Below, piece by piece: positions 46,959 to 57,685 of a DNA stretch of 64,000 nucleotides. Both the position numbers and the translations under genes were made by a program. How positions within the stretch are numbered: position 1 is the first letter of the stretch; every line of letters begins with the position of its first letter. The notes beneath the pieces were generated by a model that did no database searches, was not told where the DNA came from, and saw nothing but the letters and a program-made list of their open reading frames with translations. Source of the stretch: Armatimonadota bacterium (GTDB lineage: Bacteria; Armatimonadota; Hebobacteria; GCA-020354555; CP070648); contig CP070648.1 of the NCBI GenBank assembly GCA_020354555.1, positions 1,281,336 through 1,345,335 on the forward strand, given 5' to 3'.

Positions 46959-49659
46959 TCGTAAGCTCCAGGTCGTCAAGGTAGAAGACCGTCGTACCCG
47001 TCGCCGTGCTGCTGAACCCGAGCCAGGTCAATGTGTCCCAATCCGGGCTCCCATTGCGCAAACCCACGAAGGCTTTCGTATCCTGTCCGGGCAAGGTCAC
47101 CGTGAGGTCCCACGTTCCTGTGGACTCAGCGCCGAGGCCCGCCGCGATCTCAAAGCCCACCCATTCGCCGACGGGCAGTTCGAACAGTTCCTCATCCGCC
47201 GCGCTCAGCGTGGCGTTTTGGACGGCGAGGCCGGGCCCGACTCGATATGGGTTCGCGCCGTCGCGCCACTGATGGTACATTTCCACACCCGGCTCGACGC
47301 GCATCTTGAAGCGGAACCGCGTGACGCCATCGCTATGGCCCGGGGTGTAGTAGAAATGCGGGTTGTAGTCGTGCTGCAACCCCGGCGCATCTGCTATCCT
47401 GAGGCTCTGCTTGCCGCTGGCGGCGGCTTCATCCGTGACGCAGATTCCGTCGCCCTTGTTCTCGATGTACACTCGCGCGCGCTGCGGCTGTGCACCGAGC
47501 GGCGATGTCTCGAAGTCTTCTGTGAATGTCAGCGGCGGGGGTGGGGGAGGCTCGGGCGCAAACTCCACCGGCGGGAAGTCGGCAGCCGCGAGCGCGACCC
47601 ATCTCGCATCCCCGTAGACGCCGGCGCGGGTGTAATCGAATGGCTCAAAGTCAATCCGGGGCGCCGGGGAATCGCGGCGCAGGCGGAAATCGAATCGCGA
47701 CGGCGCCACGAACCTGGGCGCGGCGACGAGGCTTCCCGCGTCCTTGCCCAGGCCCTGCCACTCCTCGAAGCTCATGCCCTCAAAAGTGACTGGCTTGCCG
47801 GACGCGTCGTAGTACAGGTTGCTCCTGAGTACAACGTTGCCGTCCTGCCAGGATCCGCTGAAGAGCCTGCCGCCGTTCCAGTAAACGATGTTGCGCTCGA
47901 AGGTGAACGACAGGTGCGGCTCGACGCGCGACCGCTGCAGTTGCCCGTCCATGCTGAACGCGAGGATGTTGTTGCGGATAGTGTTTTCCTTGCCGTAGTG
48001 CTGGTGGTAGCTGCCGGTCTTCACATTGTAGACGAGATTGTTCTCCAGGCGGATGTCGGAGCTGCCTTCGTCATTGTAGAGCCCCCATCCGCCGCGGCCG
48101 TAGCGGTCGTAGGAATACACGTCGTGAATCACGTTGTTGCTCACGGTGGTGCCGGGTGACGGGCCCAGCGTGTACACTCCGCCCATGTCGCTGAGCACGC
48201 CCCAGCCGATGTGATGGATATGGTTGAAGTCAATGTGGTTATGATGCGCCAGGCTCTCCGCATATCCCCAGCGCCAGCCCACCGAGACGCCGGTATAGCG
48301 GAAGTCGGAGATGTCGTTGTGGGTCACGCGGTTGTGCGGGCTATGCCCGAGCCACACGCCCACCGCGCCCATGAAAATGTGCCCGCCGGAGCGGATGATG
48401 TTATTGTCAACCACGATGTGCTGGGTGCGGTTGGCGGGATCGGGCTGGATCAAGCCCTCCCCGATGCGCACGCCGCCGGCACCGAGGTCGTGAATGTAGC
48501 AGCGCAAGACCTGGCAGTCCTGGCACCCGCGCCTGAACCAGATCCCGTAAATCCCGGTGTGCGCCACCTCGCAGTCCTCGATGGTGACGTTGCGCGCGCC
48601 GTCGGCCATGATGACCGCCGGGATGCTGAATGCCGCCTGGCCGTCGCTATGCCCCTGAGGCTCGAGCAGATATTGGCTGTGCCGAAACGCGAGTCCCTTG
48701 AGGGCGATGTGCTCCACACACAGCCCCGCCTCCGGCTCGCCGACGAAGCGGACGAACTGCTCCGCTACAGGAGCCACGACTTCCGCTCGCGCCGGGTCCT
48801 CTCCGGGCAGCGGGATGTAGTAGAGCGTCCCGTTGCGGTCGAGGAACCATTCGCCGGGCTGATCGAGAGCTTCTCTGAAGTTCTCAACGTGATACCGCTG
48901 GCTCGGCCCCCACGACTCGAACGCCCACGCCGCCGGCCCGGTGAGGAAGACGGCATTGGTGTCCGCGTCGAACGATGCGATACGCAGCCGCGATACTTCC
49001 CAGGACTGATACGCGACGACAGTGACGTCGCTGAGATTCGGCCAAGGCTTGATATCGCCGGCCCGAGCGACGAACGCGCGATTGGCGAAAGTGGCGGCTT
49101 GCCCCGTCGCCGGGTCAATCGCGTAGCGGAGCTGCCCCGCCGTGTAGTAATAGAACTTGTTCGGCGACCGAGCGCGCGTCGCGCGTCGGCCGTTGACGAA
49201 CAACTGCTCGAAGTACCACTTGCCGGCTGCGACTTCAGGAATGCGAGCCGTCCACATGCCGTCTTTGCCGCGCTTGAAGCCGCTGATGACGCGCCCGCCC
49301 GTGAAGACCGGCTTTGCCCCCGGCGCGGCCCGGTAGGTGATGGGACAGGTTTCCGTGCCGCTGTCCTCGGGGGTGAAGACGACCGCCTCGCGAAGCTGAT
49401 ACGTACCGTCGGCCACGATCACCCGTACAGGCTGACTGAGCGACCCCGCCGCCTTCAGCCCCCGCACCGCGTCACGCGCGCCCCGCAGAGATGCAACCGG
49501 CCCGTCGGTCTGCTGCGCGTTGGGTCGCGAGAGCCGCCCGGACCATGCATCGTCGCCGTCGGGGGCAATGTGAAGGGTCGTTGCATCGCCGCCCTGAGCC
49601 GGAACAGCCAGTGCCGCACCAAGTAGCACCGCCATGATTACGCCTCTCCATCTGAGCAT
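46945..49659 (-). CDS. Large secreted right-handed parallel beta-helix repeat protein (pectate lyase superfamily) with extra C-terminal beta-sandwich domains.
   Basis: Start at [23 protein letters not shown]. Many beta-helix turn repeats ([36 protein letters not shown]). Confidence 0.6.
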   Translation of the reverse strand: MLRWRGVIMAVLLGAALAVPAQGGDATTLHIAPDGDDAWSGRLSRPNAQQTDGPVASLRGARDAVRGLKAAGSLSQPVRVIVADGTYQLREAVVFTPEDSGTETCPITYRAAPGAKPVFTGGRVISGFKRGKDGMWTARIPEVAAGKWYFEQLFVNGRRATRARSPNKFYYYTAGQLRYAIDPATGQAATFANRAFVARAGDIKPWPNLSDVTVVAYQSWEVSRLRIASFDADTNAVFLTGPAAWAFESWGPSQRYHVENFREALDQPGEWFLDRNGTLYYIPLPGEDPARAEVVAPVAEQFVRFVGEPEAGLCVEHIALKGLAFRHSQYLLEPQGHSDGQAAFSIPAVIMADGARNVTIEDCEVAHTGIYGIWFRRGCQDCQVLRCYIHDLGAGGVRIGEGLIQPDPANRTQHIVVDNNIIRSGGHIFMGAVGVWLGHSPHNRVTHNDISDFRYTGVSVGWRWGYAESLAHHNHIDFNHIHHIGWGVLSDMGGVYTLGPSPGTTVSNNVIHDVYSYDRYGRGGWGLYNDEGSSDIRLENNLVYNVKTGSYHQHYGKENTIRNNILAFSMDGQLQRSRVEPHLSFTFERNIVYWNGGRLFSGSWQDGNVVLRSNLYYDASGKPVTFEGMSFEEWQGLGKDAGSLVAAPRFVAPSRFDFRLRRDSPAPRIDFEPFDYTRAGVYGDARWVALAAADFPPVEFAPEPPPPPPLTFTEDFETSPLGAQPQRARVYIENKGDGICVTDEAAASGKQSLRIADAPGLQHDYNPHFYYTPGHSDGVTRFRFKMRVEPGVEMYHQWRDGANPYRVGPGLAVQNATLSAADEELFELPVGEWVGFEIAAGLGAESTGTWDLTVTLPGQDTKAFVGLRNGSPDWDTLTWLGFSSTATGTTVFYLDDLELTNDGG

Positions 49660-49871
49660 GAACCTTGCCTCGATCGGGTTTCTGTCAGCCGAGTTCCCGT
49701 TGCAAGTTTTGCGAATGCCGCGCTTATACCTGCTGTAGCATAGCGGAAAGCATCGGCTTCCGCCCGCCTCACCGCTCACTGCACCTGCGCCCGTTGTCGC
49801 AGGATTCCGCGCTTCGAGCGGGAATCTTGCCCTACGCCCCTACGGAGGTGTCGCCTGTGTTCGCGCGAATC

Positions 49872-51506
49872 ATGACTTGGGTTGCGGGGGTCGTCATCAT
49901 CGTCGCCGCCGCCCCCGCCCGGCCGCAGGAGCCAACCATGGATTTCGGCCCGTCCGCGCCACAGTGGCTCGTCGAGAGCGAAACCTGTCTCGTCGCCGTC
50001 AGCGACTGGGGCATGTATGAATCGAGCAAGGCGTCCTTCGCGACCCACGTGCCCATCAACCGCGAGTTCTTCGCGGCCTGCAACGCGCGCGGGATATACC
50101 CCATCCCCTACGTCACCTTCTACCAGCAATTCGCGACCACACCATACCAGGACATAGACCTGCGCGAACACCCCCAATGGATCGAGATTGACGAGCAAGG
50201 CCGCAGGAAGCGCACCGGCTTCTGGGAATCCGAGGACGCGAAGAACATGTACACGACCTGCCCCAATGTGCGCGAGTACGTCGAAGCATTGGAGGCGTGG
50301 GTGCGCAAGCTGATAGGCATGGGGGCCGGCGGCATCTTCATTGACAACCTCGGTCGCCGCGCCCCTTGCTTCGGCGACAAGTTCGGCATCCACGAGCACA
50401 TGTACCCCGATCAGAATGAGGCGTTCGCAAAGCTCCTCGAGCGCATCCGCGCGGCAGTCAAGGGCTATGGCGAGGACAAGGCGATCTTCGTCAACTCGGC
50501 CAGCCCGCACACGCTGCCCGCCGCGTTCTGGCCGCACATCGACTGCGAAATGGCGGAGTCCTACATTTGCACATGGGCCTCGACAGAACGCTGGTTCGAC
50601 TGGCACGACCACTGGTTTGCGATGGGCGAAGCGCTCCGCCCGCATCTCGCGGCGGGCAAAGGCGTCATCGCGCTGTCATACCTCGGGCACACGCCGCACA
50701 GTATCAGGGATGACTCGTACTTCTGCTATGCATCCGCGCGGTTGAGCGGCCTCATCTGGTCGGCGGGCGGGGACATTCTCAAGGACAATCCGGCGCGCAG
50801 ACTGTACGAGATCCGTCTGGGCGGGGCTCAGGGACCGGCGCAGCAGTCCGGCGAGGTGCACTATCGCGTCTTCGAGCGCGGCTTCGTCGCCGTCAATCCA
50901 ACCGACAAGGCCGAGGCGCTGAGCATCCCATCCGGCGTCCCGAGCACCGGCCTGTACGACTTGTACGAGGAAAAAGGGCTGCCGGTGGACCGCGCCGCGC
51001 CGACGGTGGCGATTCCGGCCCAATCCGGGCGCGTGTACGTCTTCGCGCCGGGGCGCGGGTCCGACGTCGAGAAGCCCATGATCGCGCTGACCATTGAAAC
51101 CGAGCCCGCGCTCGGCGAGGTGCGCTTCCGCGTGGACGGCTTCGACTACTTCACGCACAGCGGCCGGTGGACCACCGAGTACTACCTGGGTCCGAACTTC
51201 GGCAAGTTCACGATCAATCTCGACGAGCCGGGGACGCATGTGGTCGAGATCGTTGACGTCGTGCCACATGATATGAAGACGCCGGCCGGGTACGGCAGCG
51301 GCGAGCGCCTGGGCCAGTTCATGGATCCCGCTCAGCCGACCAAGCCGAGCCGCGGGGCGACGTACCGGTTCCGAGCGTGGAGCGGTCTCGTGACCTCCGA
51401 CGAACCGACCATCGAGGTGCGTGTCGAGGCGAACGCGACGCTCACGGCACACTTCGACCGCGAGGAAGGCGGGGAGGAGCAAGAGAACGCGGGAGGGGCA
51501 TCATGA
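49872..51506 (+). CDS. Putative glycoside-hydrolase-like (GHL/GH114-like) TIM-barrel protein, secreted.
   Basis: Signal-like MTWVAGVVIIVAAAPA. Possible alternative GTG start at 49857, 6 nt after GGAGGTG. Its stop overlaps the next gene's start. The family assignment is a weak recollection. Confidence 0.4.
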   Translation: MTWVAGVVIIVAAAPARPQEPTMDFGPSAPQWLVESETCLVAVSDWGMYESSKASFATHVPINREFFAACNARGIYPIPYVTFYQQFATTPYQDIDLREHPQWIEIDEQGRRKRTGFWESEDAKNMYTTCPNVREYVEALEAWVRKLIGMGAGGIFIDNLGRRAPCFGDKFGIHEHMYPDQNEAFAKLLERIRAAVKGYGEDKAIFVNSASPHTLPAAFWPHIDCEMAESYICTWASTERWFDWHDHWFAMGEALRPHLAAGKGVIALSYLGHTPHSIRDDSYFCYASARLSGLIWSAGGDILKDNPARRLYEIRLGGAQGPAQQSGEVHYRVFERGFVAVNPTDKAEALSIPSGVPSTGLYDLYEEKGLPVDRAAPTVAIPAQSGRVYVFAPGRGSDVEKPMIALTIETEPALGEVRFRVDGFDYFTHSGRWTTEYYLGPNFGKFTINLDEPGTHVVEIVDVVPHDMKTPAGYGSGERLGQFMDPAQPTKPSRGATYRFRAWSGLVTSDEPTIEVRVEANATLTAHFDREEGGEEQENAGGAS

Positions 51507-53047
51507 ACCTGCGTGACATGGTGATACCAATGGCAGCGACGTGGCTGATCGCTGTGCTGGGAGGTGCAGCCTTGACAACAGCCCAGGCAGATTGCGTGGT
51601 ATGGCCTGTTGACGGAATGACGAAGGTCATGCGCAGGGCGCAGCCGCCGGATCCGCTGCCGCGCAGCGTGCGCATGTACGCGGCACGCAATGAGTATGAG
51701 TCCGCCCAGGTCGTGATCCGCGCGGAGTCGCGTCGGCTTGACGAGGTCAAGGTCGCGGTAAGCGATCTCATCGGCCCGCGCGGGCGGAAGATCAGCTCGC
51801 GGGATATCGCCCTGCACCGCGTCGCGTACATTCACCTGCCCGCGCTTAATGCCGACTTTCCGGATCCCCTGCCGCCCATCACGCCGTTCTCGGTTGAACC
51901 GGACGCCGATCAGCCGGTGTGGATGACGGTCTATGTCCCCAAGGGGACGCCCAAGGGCGAGTATCGCGGCCAACTCACGGTCTCCATCTCAGGGCAGGAA
52001 GATCGCCGCGTGCCAATCGTCCTCACGGTCTGGGGCTTCACGCTCCCCGACACGCCCGCGAGCCGCACGGCCTTCGGCATCAGCGGCGGCTTCATCGCGG
52101 CCGCTCACGGCCTCGACACGAAGAGCAGGGAGTATCAGGAACTACTGCCGCAATACTACCTCGCGCTCCTGGAACACCGGATATCGGCTTATGACCCTCC
52201 CGTGCCGCTCGATTCATCTGAAGTGGGCTACTACCTCGATGACAGCCGCGTCACCGGCTTCATCATCCCTTACTCCGATGACGTCGCGCGGATGCGCGAG
52301 GACGTGGAACGCTGCCGCAGCAACGGATGGCTCGACAAGGCGTACTTCTACCCGCTCGACGAGCCGTTCACGGCTGAGGCCTACGCGACGCTCAAGCAGC
52401 GCGCAGATCGCATCCACTCGATTGACCGCTCACTGCAGGTCGTCTCTCCGTACTTCCGCGGCCCGGACTTCGAGACCGACCAGACGATCTACGAGCACTT
52501 CGACGGCTCCCTCGATATCTGGTGCCCCAACCTCGGGTTCTACGACGCGAAAGCCATGCGCGCCAAGCAGGCGAAAGGGGAGGAGGTGTGGTGGTACGTG
52601 TGCTGTGGGCCGGGTCAACCATACCCCAACTTCTTCGTCAATTATGACGGCGTGGATCACCGCATCCTGATGTGGATGCAGAAGCTCTACGACGTGCAGG
52701 GCCTGCTCTACTGGAGCACCACGTACTGGAACCCGAACATCACGAAGGATGTCTGGGATGACGTTGCCACGGTCAAGGACATCAATCCCAATCTGTACGG
52801 CGACGGGTCGCTGTTCTACCCGGGCTCGAAGGTCGGTCTCGCGCAGCCCGTGAGTTCCATACGGCTTGAATGCATCCGCGACGGGCTGGAGGACTTCGAC
52901 TACCTTGCATTGCTCGAGCGCAAGGTGGGGGTGGCGAGGACGAAAGACATCATCCGCCGCCTCGTGCGCAGCCGCACGGAATACGAGAAGAGCCCGCGCC
53001 GGCTGCAGCTGGTGCGCCGCCAAATCGCGCGGGAGCTGGAGCAGTAG
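51503..53047 (+). CDS. DUF4091-domain (GH123-like) putative glycosidase, secreted.
   Basis: ATG at 51503 overlaps upstream TGA (ATGA). GGGAGGGG RBS. Signal peptide MNLRDMVIPMAATWLIAVLGGAALTTAQA. WWYVCCGP motif recalled from DUF4091 proteins. Confidence 0.45.
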   Translation: MNLRDMVIPMAATWLIAVLGGAALTTAQADCVVWPVDGMTKVMRRAQPPDPLPRSVRMYAARNEYESAQVVIRAESRRLDEVKVAVSDLIGPRGRKISSRDIALHRVAYIHLPALNADFPDPLPPITPFSVEPDADQPVWMTVYVPKGTPKGEYRGQLTVSISGQEDRRVPIVLTVWGFTLPDTPASRTAFGISGGFIAAAHGLDTKSREYQELLPQYYLALLEHRISAYDPPVPLDSSEVGYYLDDSRVTGFIIPYSDDVARMREDVERCRSNGWLDKAYFYPLDEPFTAEAYATLKQRADRIHSIDRSLQVVSPYFRGPDFETDQTIYEHFDGSLDIWCPNLGFYDAKAMRAKQAKGEEVWWYVCCGPGQPYPNFFVNYDGVDHRILMWMQKLYDVQGLLYWSTTYWNPNITKDVWDDVATVKDINPNLYGDGSLFYPGSKVGLAQPVSSIRLECIRDGLEDFDYLALLERKVGVARTKDIIRRLVRSRTEYEKSPRRLQLVRRQIARELEQ

Positions 53048-53108
53048 CGCCGGTCGCGGGCTTACCTTGCGTGCCGGCTGATGCAAGTCGCACGCAGCTT
53101 CCGCCATT

Positions 53109-53134
53109 GTCATTCTGAACGAAGTGAAGAATCC
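53109..53134. repeat. Third copy of the GTCATTC...GAATC repeat family (single unit).
   Basis: gtcattctgaacgaagtgaagaatcc. This created the spurious N-terminal extension (…HSERSEES…) of ORF 53081. Confidence 0.5.
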
Positions 53135-53233
53135 TGCGACCGCGCAGCAGCGGACGGCCTCCGCCGACCGCCGATGGAAGGGGCGCTTGCCCGGACCCCC
53201 GGGCGTTACTGCCCCGCACGGCGGAGTTGGATA

Positions 53234-54166
53234 ATGACCGAGAACCGCCCCGATTTCCGCATTCGCCATGACATCGGGCAGGGAGTCAACCTCTGCTACT
53301 ACCTGCTCGGTAGGGCGCAATTGCGGCTGCCCGCTCTCGCGCGTCCGCTGCTCTGGGTCACGCCGGACAGCGACCCGTTCGCCGACTTCGCGCGGCGTTT
53401 CGATGTTGCCGACGCAGCCGGCTTGAACGCAGTCCAGGTCGAACCCCTGTGGCGCCGATGGCTGCGCGCCGTGGTGGAGACCTGCCCGGATTCAGCCGCC
53501 GACGCGCTTTCGGCCATGCCCGACCTGCCCGCCAGGCCGCACGTCCGCACCACCTTTCAACGCTTCGGCCGCGTCCACCTCAACGACTTCCTGGAACGGT
53601 GGACCGGCATCACCCTGGAGATGGAGGGACGTCTCAACGAGGCTCTGCGCTCTTTCGATGCGTCGCGCATGCTGACGCGCCACGAAGATGCCTTTGGCTT
53701 CGAGTACCGCCCCGGCCGCGCTGTCTTCCACTACCACGTGCTGCGCGTTTTCGCCGCCGCGCGATTCGGGATGTCCGCGGTTTTGGGATGCGCCTACCTG
53801 GAGCATCCCGACAAGCTCGCCGCCGCCGTCGCCCAGGAGACGCTGCACGCCCTGGTCGGGCAGACCAAGGTCTGGCAGCGCGAGGAGATCAGCTCACTAC
53901 TCGATCAACTGCGCCCGCTGCTGTCGGATACCTACCTCCAGCCCGTGGATGCCGTCGAGGACACCCTCTGCGTTCTCATCAGCGTCTTGGAGCACGAGGG
54001 CGAGGGCGCGCCGCTCGAACGCGTCGAGGCCAGGATCCCACAGCCGGCTTTGCGCTGGCTCGCCCGCGCTCTCTATGAGAACCGGCGCCTGCGTCGCTCG
54101 CAGGGGTTTGTCGAATGGCTCGCCGCGTCGCTCGAGCAGGCGGCGCGCCGGAGGCCGGCCATCTAG
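53234..54166 (+). CDS. Hypothetical protein.
   Basis: Start at MTENRPDF (GGAG 7 nt upstream). The upstream part of the ORF-track version is a GTCATTC...GAATC repeat unit (translating to HSERSEES), so it is not coding. Confidence 0.4.
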   Translation: MTENRPDFRIRHDIGQGVNLCYYLLGRAQLRLPALARPLLWVTPDSDPFADFARRFDVADAAGLNAVQVEPLWRRWLRAVVETCPDSAADALSAMPDLPARPHVRTTFQRFGRVHLNDFLERWTGITLEMEGRLNEALRSFDASRMLTRHEDAFGFEYRPGRAVFHYHVLRVFAAARFGMSAVLGCAYLEHPDKLAAAVAQETLHALVGQTKVWQREEISSLLDQLRPLLSDTYLQPVDAVEDTLCVLISVLEHEGEGAPLERVEARIPQPALRWLARALYENRRLRRSQGFVEWLAASLEQAARRRPAI

Positions 54167-54354
54167 GACGTGGGGACTGACCACTCGGCGCCGCTGGCGA
54201 GATCGCCCACTGGCTCGCAGGTAGTCCTCGTGGCTTCTCGACGCAGGTCGTGGAGACTCAATGACATACGACGAAGCGGAGCCGGAGATATCCGGCCCCG
54301 CTTGATTCAGACTCGCACTGCGGACGCAGAGGGCAGAGCGGCAGTAGCGTTCGC

Positions 54355-55287
54355 CTACTCGCCCCCCTCCTCACCCGCCAGCTTGAGCAGCTTGTGCCAC
54401 TTGGAGTCCACTGACTCCTGGATGTCTTTCAGGATCGGCTCGCCGCCCTTTCTGGACAGGTGGCGGTAGCGCGTCTGCTGGCGCAGGAACTCCTCGACCG
54501 GCTTCTTTTCCTTCGGCTTGTAGGTAATCTTGTACTCGCCGTTGACCACCTCGTACAGCGGCCAGAAGCACGTGTCCACCGCGTCGCGCCCGATAGCGAT
54601 GGTATCTTGGGTCGGGAACCCCCAGCCCAGCGGGCACGGGGCGAGGACGTTGATGAACGTCGGGCCGTCTGTATTCAACGCCTTCTCGACCTTGTTGACG
54701 AGGTCGCGCCACATGCTCACCGTGCCCTGCGCGGCGTACGGGATCTCGTGAGCGACCATGATCGCCGTGAGGTCCTTGCGCGCCTCGCGCTTGCCGGGAA
54801 TCACCTCGCCGGCCGGGCTGGTCGTCGTGTGCGCCCACGTCGGCGTTGCGCTCGAACGCTGGATGCCGGTGTTCATGTACGCCTGGTTATCGTAGCACAC
54901 ATAGAGCATGCGGTGGCCGCGCTCCATCGCGCCCGACAGCGACTGGAAGCCGATGTCGTAGGTGCCGCCGTCGCCGCCCATGGCGACAAAGCGGAACTCC
55001 TGGTTGAGGCGCCCGCGCCGCGTCAGCGAGCGATAGGCCGACTCCACGCCCGACATGGTGGCGGCGGAGTTCTCGAAGGCGGTGTGGATGTACGAGCACT
55101 TCCACGCGGTAAAGGGGAAAATGGTGGAGACGACCTCCATGCAGCCCGTGGCGATGCCCGCCACCACGGGCACGTCGGGAGTCTCCATCAGCATGCGAAA
55201 CGTGATCGCCGCGCCGCACCCCGCGCACGCGCGATGGCCGCCGGTGAACACGGTCGGTCTTGCGGTCAATTCCTTGACGGTCGGCAT
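54355..55287 (-). CDS. porB: Pyruvate:ferredoxin (2-oxoacid:ferredoxin) oxidoreductase, beta (TPP-binding) subunit.
   Basis: GCG..CxGCG...GGDG TPP-binding signature (FVAMGGDGGTYDIG). GAGGAGG RBS. Confidence 0.85.
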   Translation of the reverse strand: MPTVKELTARPTVFTGGHRACAGCGAAITFRMLMETPDVPVVAGIATGCMEVVSTIFPFTAWKCSYIHTAFENSAATMSGVESAYRSLTRRGRLNQEFRFVAMGGDGGTYDIGFQSLSGAMERGHRMLYVCYDNQAYMNTGIQRSSATPTWAHTTTSPAGEVIPGKREARKDLTAIMVAHEIPYAAQGTVSMWRDLVNKVEKALNTDGPTFINVLAPCPLGWGFPTQDTIAIGRDAVDTCFWPLYEVVNGEYKITYKPKEKKPVEEFLRQQTRYRHLSRKGGEPILKDIQESVDSKWHKLLKLAGEEGGE

Positions 55288-55319
55288 TTGATTCCTCCTC
55301 GCTATCCGTGAGCCGCCGG

Positions 55320-56504
55320 CTACTCGCGCACGCCGATGTAGCGGCAGCGCTGATCCTTGCGGCCGGCCTTGACATCGCCCTTTAGCTCGTCGAACACTGC
55401 CTCGATGTCCTCGACGCGAATATCGCGCCCGCCCAGGCCGTAGACGTATCCTGTCACCACCGGGCGCGGATCGAGGTCGTACAGCGCGGACCGGATCTCG
55501 CCGTACACCGGGCCGCCCAGGCCCGCCATGCCCTCCGCGCGATCGAGCACCGCGATTCCGCGGACGTGCGCGAGCGTGTCGATCAGCTCCTCCGCCGGGA
55601 ACGGGCGGAACACGCGCAGCTTGAGCATGCCGACCGCCTCGCCGCGCTCGCGCAGTTCGTCAACCACGACGCGCACGGTACCGGCCGTCGAGCCGAGGAC
55701 GACGACGACGTGCTCGGCGTCATCGAGGCGGTACGGTTCGATGAGCCCATACTGCGTGCCGAAGCGTTCGGCGAACTCGTCGAAGACCGCCTGGATGCGC
55801 GGCTTGCAGGTGCGCATCGCCTCCGCGTGGGCGCGCTTGTGCTCGAAGTAGTAGTCGAACATGTCAATCGCGCCCATCGTGATGGGCTGAGCCTTGTTGA
55901 GCAGCGCGTACTCCGGCTCGTAGATCCCAACGAAGTCACGCACCTCCTCGTCCGGATACAGTTCGACGCCCATCATCGCGTGGCTGAGGATGAAGCCGTC
56001 CAAGCATACCATCGTCGGCAGCAGGATCTCCGGGTGCTCGGCGATGCGCGGCGCCTGAATCAGGCTGTCATAGACCTCCTGCGAATCCTCGGCATAGATC
56101 TGGATCCAGCCGCTGTCGCGGGCGCCCATGCTGTCCGAGTGATCGCAGTGAATGTTCAACGGGGCGGACAGCGTGCGGTTGACCATCGGCATCACGATCG
56201 GCAGCCGCAGGCCCGACGCAATGTAGAGCATCTCCCACATCAGCGCCAGCCCCTGGCTGGAAGTCGCCGTCATCGCCCGCGCGCCCGCCGCCGATGCCCC
56301 GATGGTTGCGCTCATCGAGGAATGTTCGCTCTCCACCGCCACCGTCTCGGTGTCCACGATTCCGTCGGCGACGAAGCCGGAGTAGAGCTGCACGATTTCC
56401 GTCTGCGGCGTGATCGGATAGGCCGCGACGACGTCCGGGTTGATCTGACGCATCGCCTCCGCCGCCGCTTCGTTACCTGTTAACGCTCTCAGCGTTTTCT
56501 CCAT
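55320..56504 (-). CDS. porA: Pyruvate:ferredoxin oxidoreductase, alpha subunit.
   Basis: N-terminus MEKTLRALTGNEAAAEAMRQINPDVVAAYPITPQTEIV is typical of PorA. Confidence 0.85.
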   Translation of the reverse strand: MEKTLRALTGNEAAAEAMRQINPDVVAAYPITPQTEIVQLYSGFVADGIVDTETVAVESEHSSMSATIGASAAGARAMTATSSQGLALMWEMLYIASGLRLPIVMPMVNRTLSAPLNIHCDHSDSMGARDSGWIQIYAEDSQEVYDSLIQAPRIAEHPEILLPTMVCLDGFILSHAMMGVELYPDEEVRDFVGIYEPEYALLNKAQPITMGAIDMFDYYFEHKRAHAEAMRTCKPRIQAVFDEFAERFGTQYGLIEPYRLDDAEHVVVVLGSTAGTVRVVVDELRERGEAVGMLKLRVFRPFPAEELIDTLAHVRGIAVLDRAEGMAGLGGPVYGEIRSALYDLDPRPVVTGYVYGLGGRDIRVEDIEAVFDELKGDVKAGRKDQRCRYIGVRE

Positions 56505-56525
56505 GGCTTATCTCCCGTTCTCCGG

Positions 56526-56873
56526 CTACTCGGCCTTGGCCGATGCATCTTTCTCACGCAGTTCGGATTCCGCCACCATGGCTATGGCGCCGGCTTTGGG
56601 AGGGCACTCGCGCGCGCAGATGCCGCAGCCCTTGCAGTGGTCGAGATCTATCCCGACCACCTTGCCGTCCTCCACGATGATTGCCCCGTCCGGACAGTAG
56701 ATCCAGCACAGCATGCAGTTGCGGCACTTCTCGGCATCGCGCACCGGCCGCAGCGTGCGCCAGTCACCGGTCTTGTAGCGGGCGGCACTGCCCGGCTCGA
56801 GGATCAATCCCCCGCGCGGCAAATCATGCCAGCCCGGCTTGTTGCCCTCCAAATCCTTTTCGCTCGTCTTCAT
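56526..56873 (-). CDS. porD: Pyruvate:ferredoxin oxidoreductase, delta (2x[4Fe-4S] ferredoxin) subunit.
   Basis: CRNCMLCWIYCP and CKGCGICARECP motifs. GAGGAGG RBS. Confidence 0.8.
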   Translation of the reverse strand: MKTSEKDLEGNKPGWHDLPRGGLILEPGSAARYKTGDWRTLRPVRDAEKCRNCMLCWIYCPDGAIIVEDGKVVGIDLDHCKGCGICARECPPKAGAIAMVAESELREKDASAKAE

Positions 56874-57460
56874 TCGCCCGTAACCTCCTCGTAGCCGCGC
56901 CGCATGGCCTCCAGGTTCCCGTCAATCACCTCCGGCTTGGCGCGAAACTTCTTTTCCAGCCGTTTGCGCGAGTCCTCGATGAGCGATTCCAGGTCGAGCA
57001 CCCCCGAGACCTTGGCCAGCGCACCCAGCATCGGCGTGTTGGGGATGTTGCGCTTGATCGTGTCTGTGGCTATGCCCGACGCATCCACGGTGTAAACCCG
57101 CCTGCCCTTGAGGCCGAGCTTCGCGCGCACCTGCGCTGGCGCCATGGGCGTGTTCACCACCAGCGTGCCGTCGTCTCCGAGGCCCTCCGTCACGTCCACC
57201 GCGTCGAGCAGCGTCGGGTCAATCACCACGACCACTTCCGGCTCGGTGACGTGGCAGTGCAGCGTGATGGGATGGTCGCTGATGCGGTTGAACGCCTGAA
57301 TGGGCGCACCCATGCGCTCCGCGCCGTACTCGGGGAAGGCCTGCATGTGCTTCCCCGTCGCTAGCACGGCCTCGCCGAGCAGCAGCGCCGCGGTCTTCGC
57401 GCCCTGCCCGCCGCGCCCGTGCCAGCGGATCTCCAACAGGTCATCAGTTTTGGTCGTCAC
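56870..57460 (-). CDS. porG: Pyruvate:ferredoxin oxidoreductase, gamma subunit.
   Basis: IRWHGRGGQG motif. GTG start at 57460 with AAGGAGG 5 nt upstream. 4-nt overlap with porD. Confidence 0.8.
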   Translation of the reverse strand: MTTKTDDLLEIRWHGRGGQGAKTAALLLGEAVLATGKHMQAFPEYGAERMGAPIQAFNRISDHPITLHCHVTEPEVVVVIDPTLLDAVDVTEGLGDDGTLVVNTPMAPAQVRAKLGLKGRRVYTVDASGIATDTIKRNIPNTPMLGALAKVSGVLDLESLIEDSRKRLEKKFRAKPEVIDGNLEAMRRGYEEVTGE

Positions 57461-57685
57461 ACCCTCCTCCTTGTCGCAGGGTTTCGCTTTGACGAATGCT
57501 GCATGGCTGTGGCGGACACCACGGGCCTCACCAAGAAGCATTCCCACCAGGGAGCCGGTTGCATCACCCGTCGAGAAAAGAGCTTCGGGGCTTGCGAGCC
57601 GCCGGGACGCGGGTGTTGTGCGGTACGGTCTGCGGCGCCCAAAGCTCTTCAGAGTCGCATGCTCGTTCCGCGCGTCAACGCCAAC

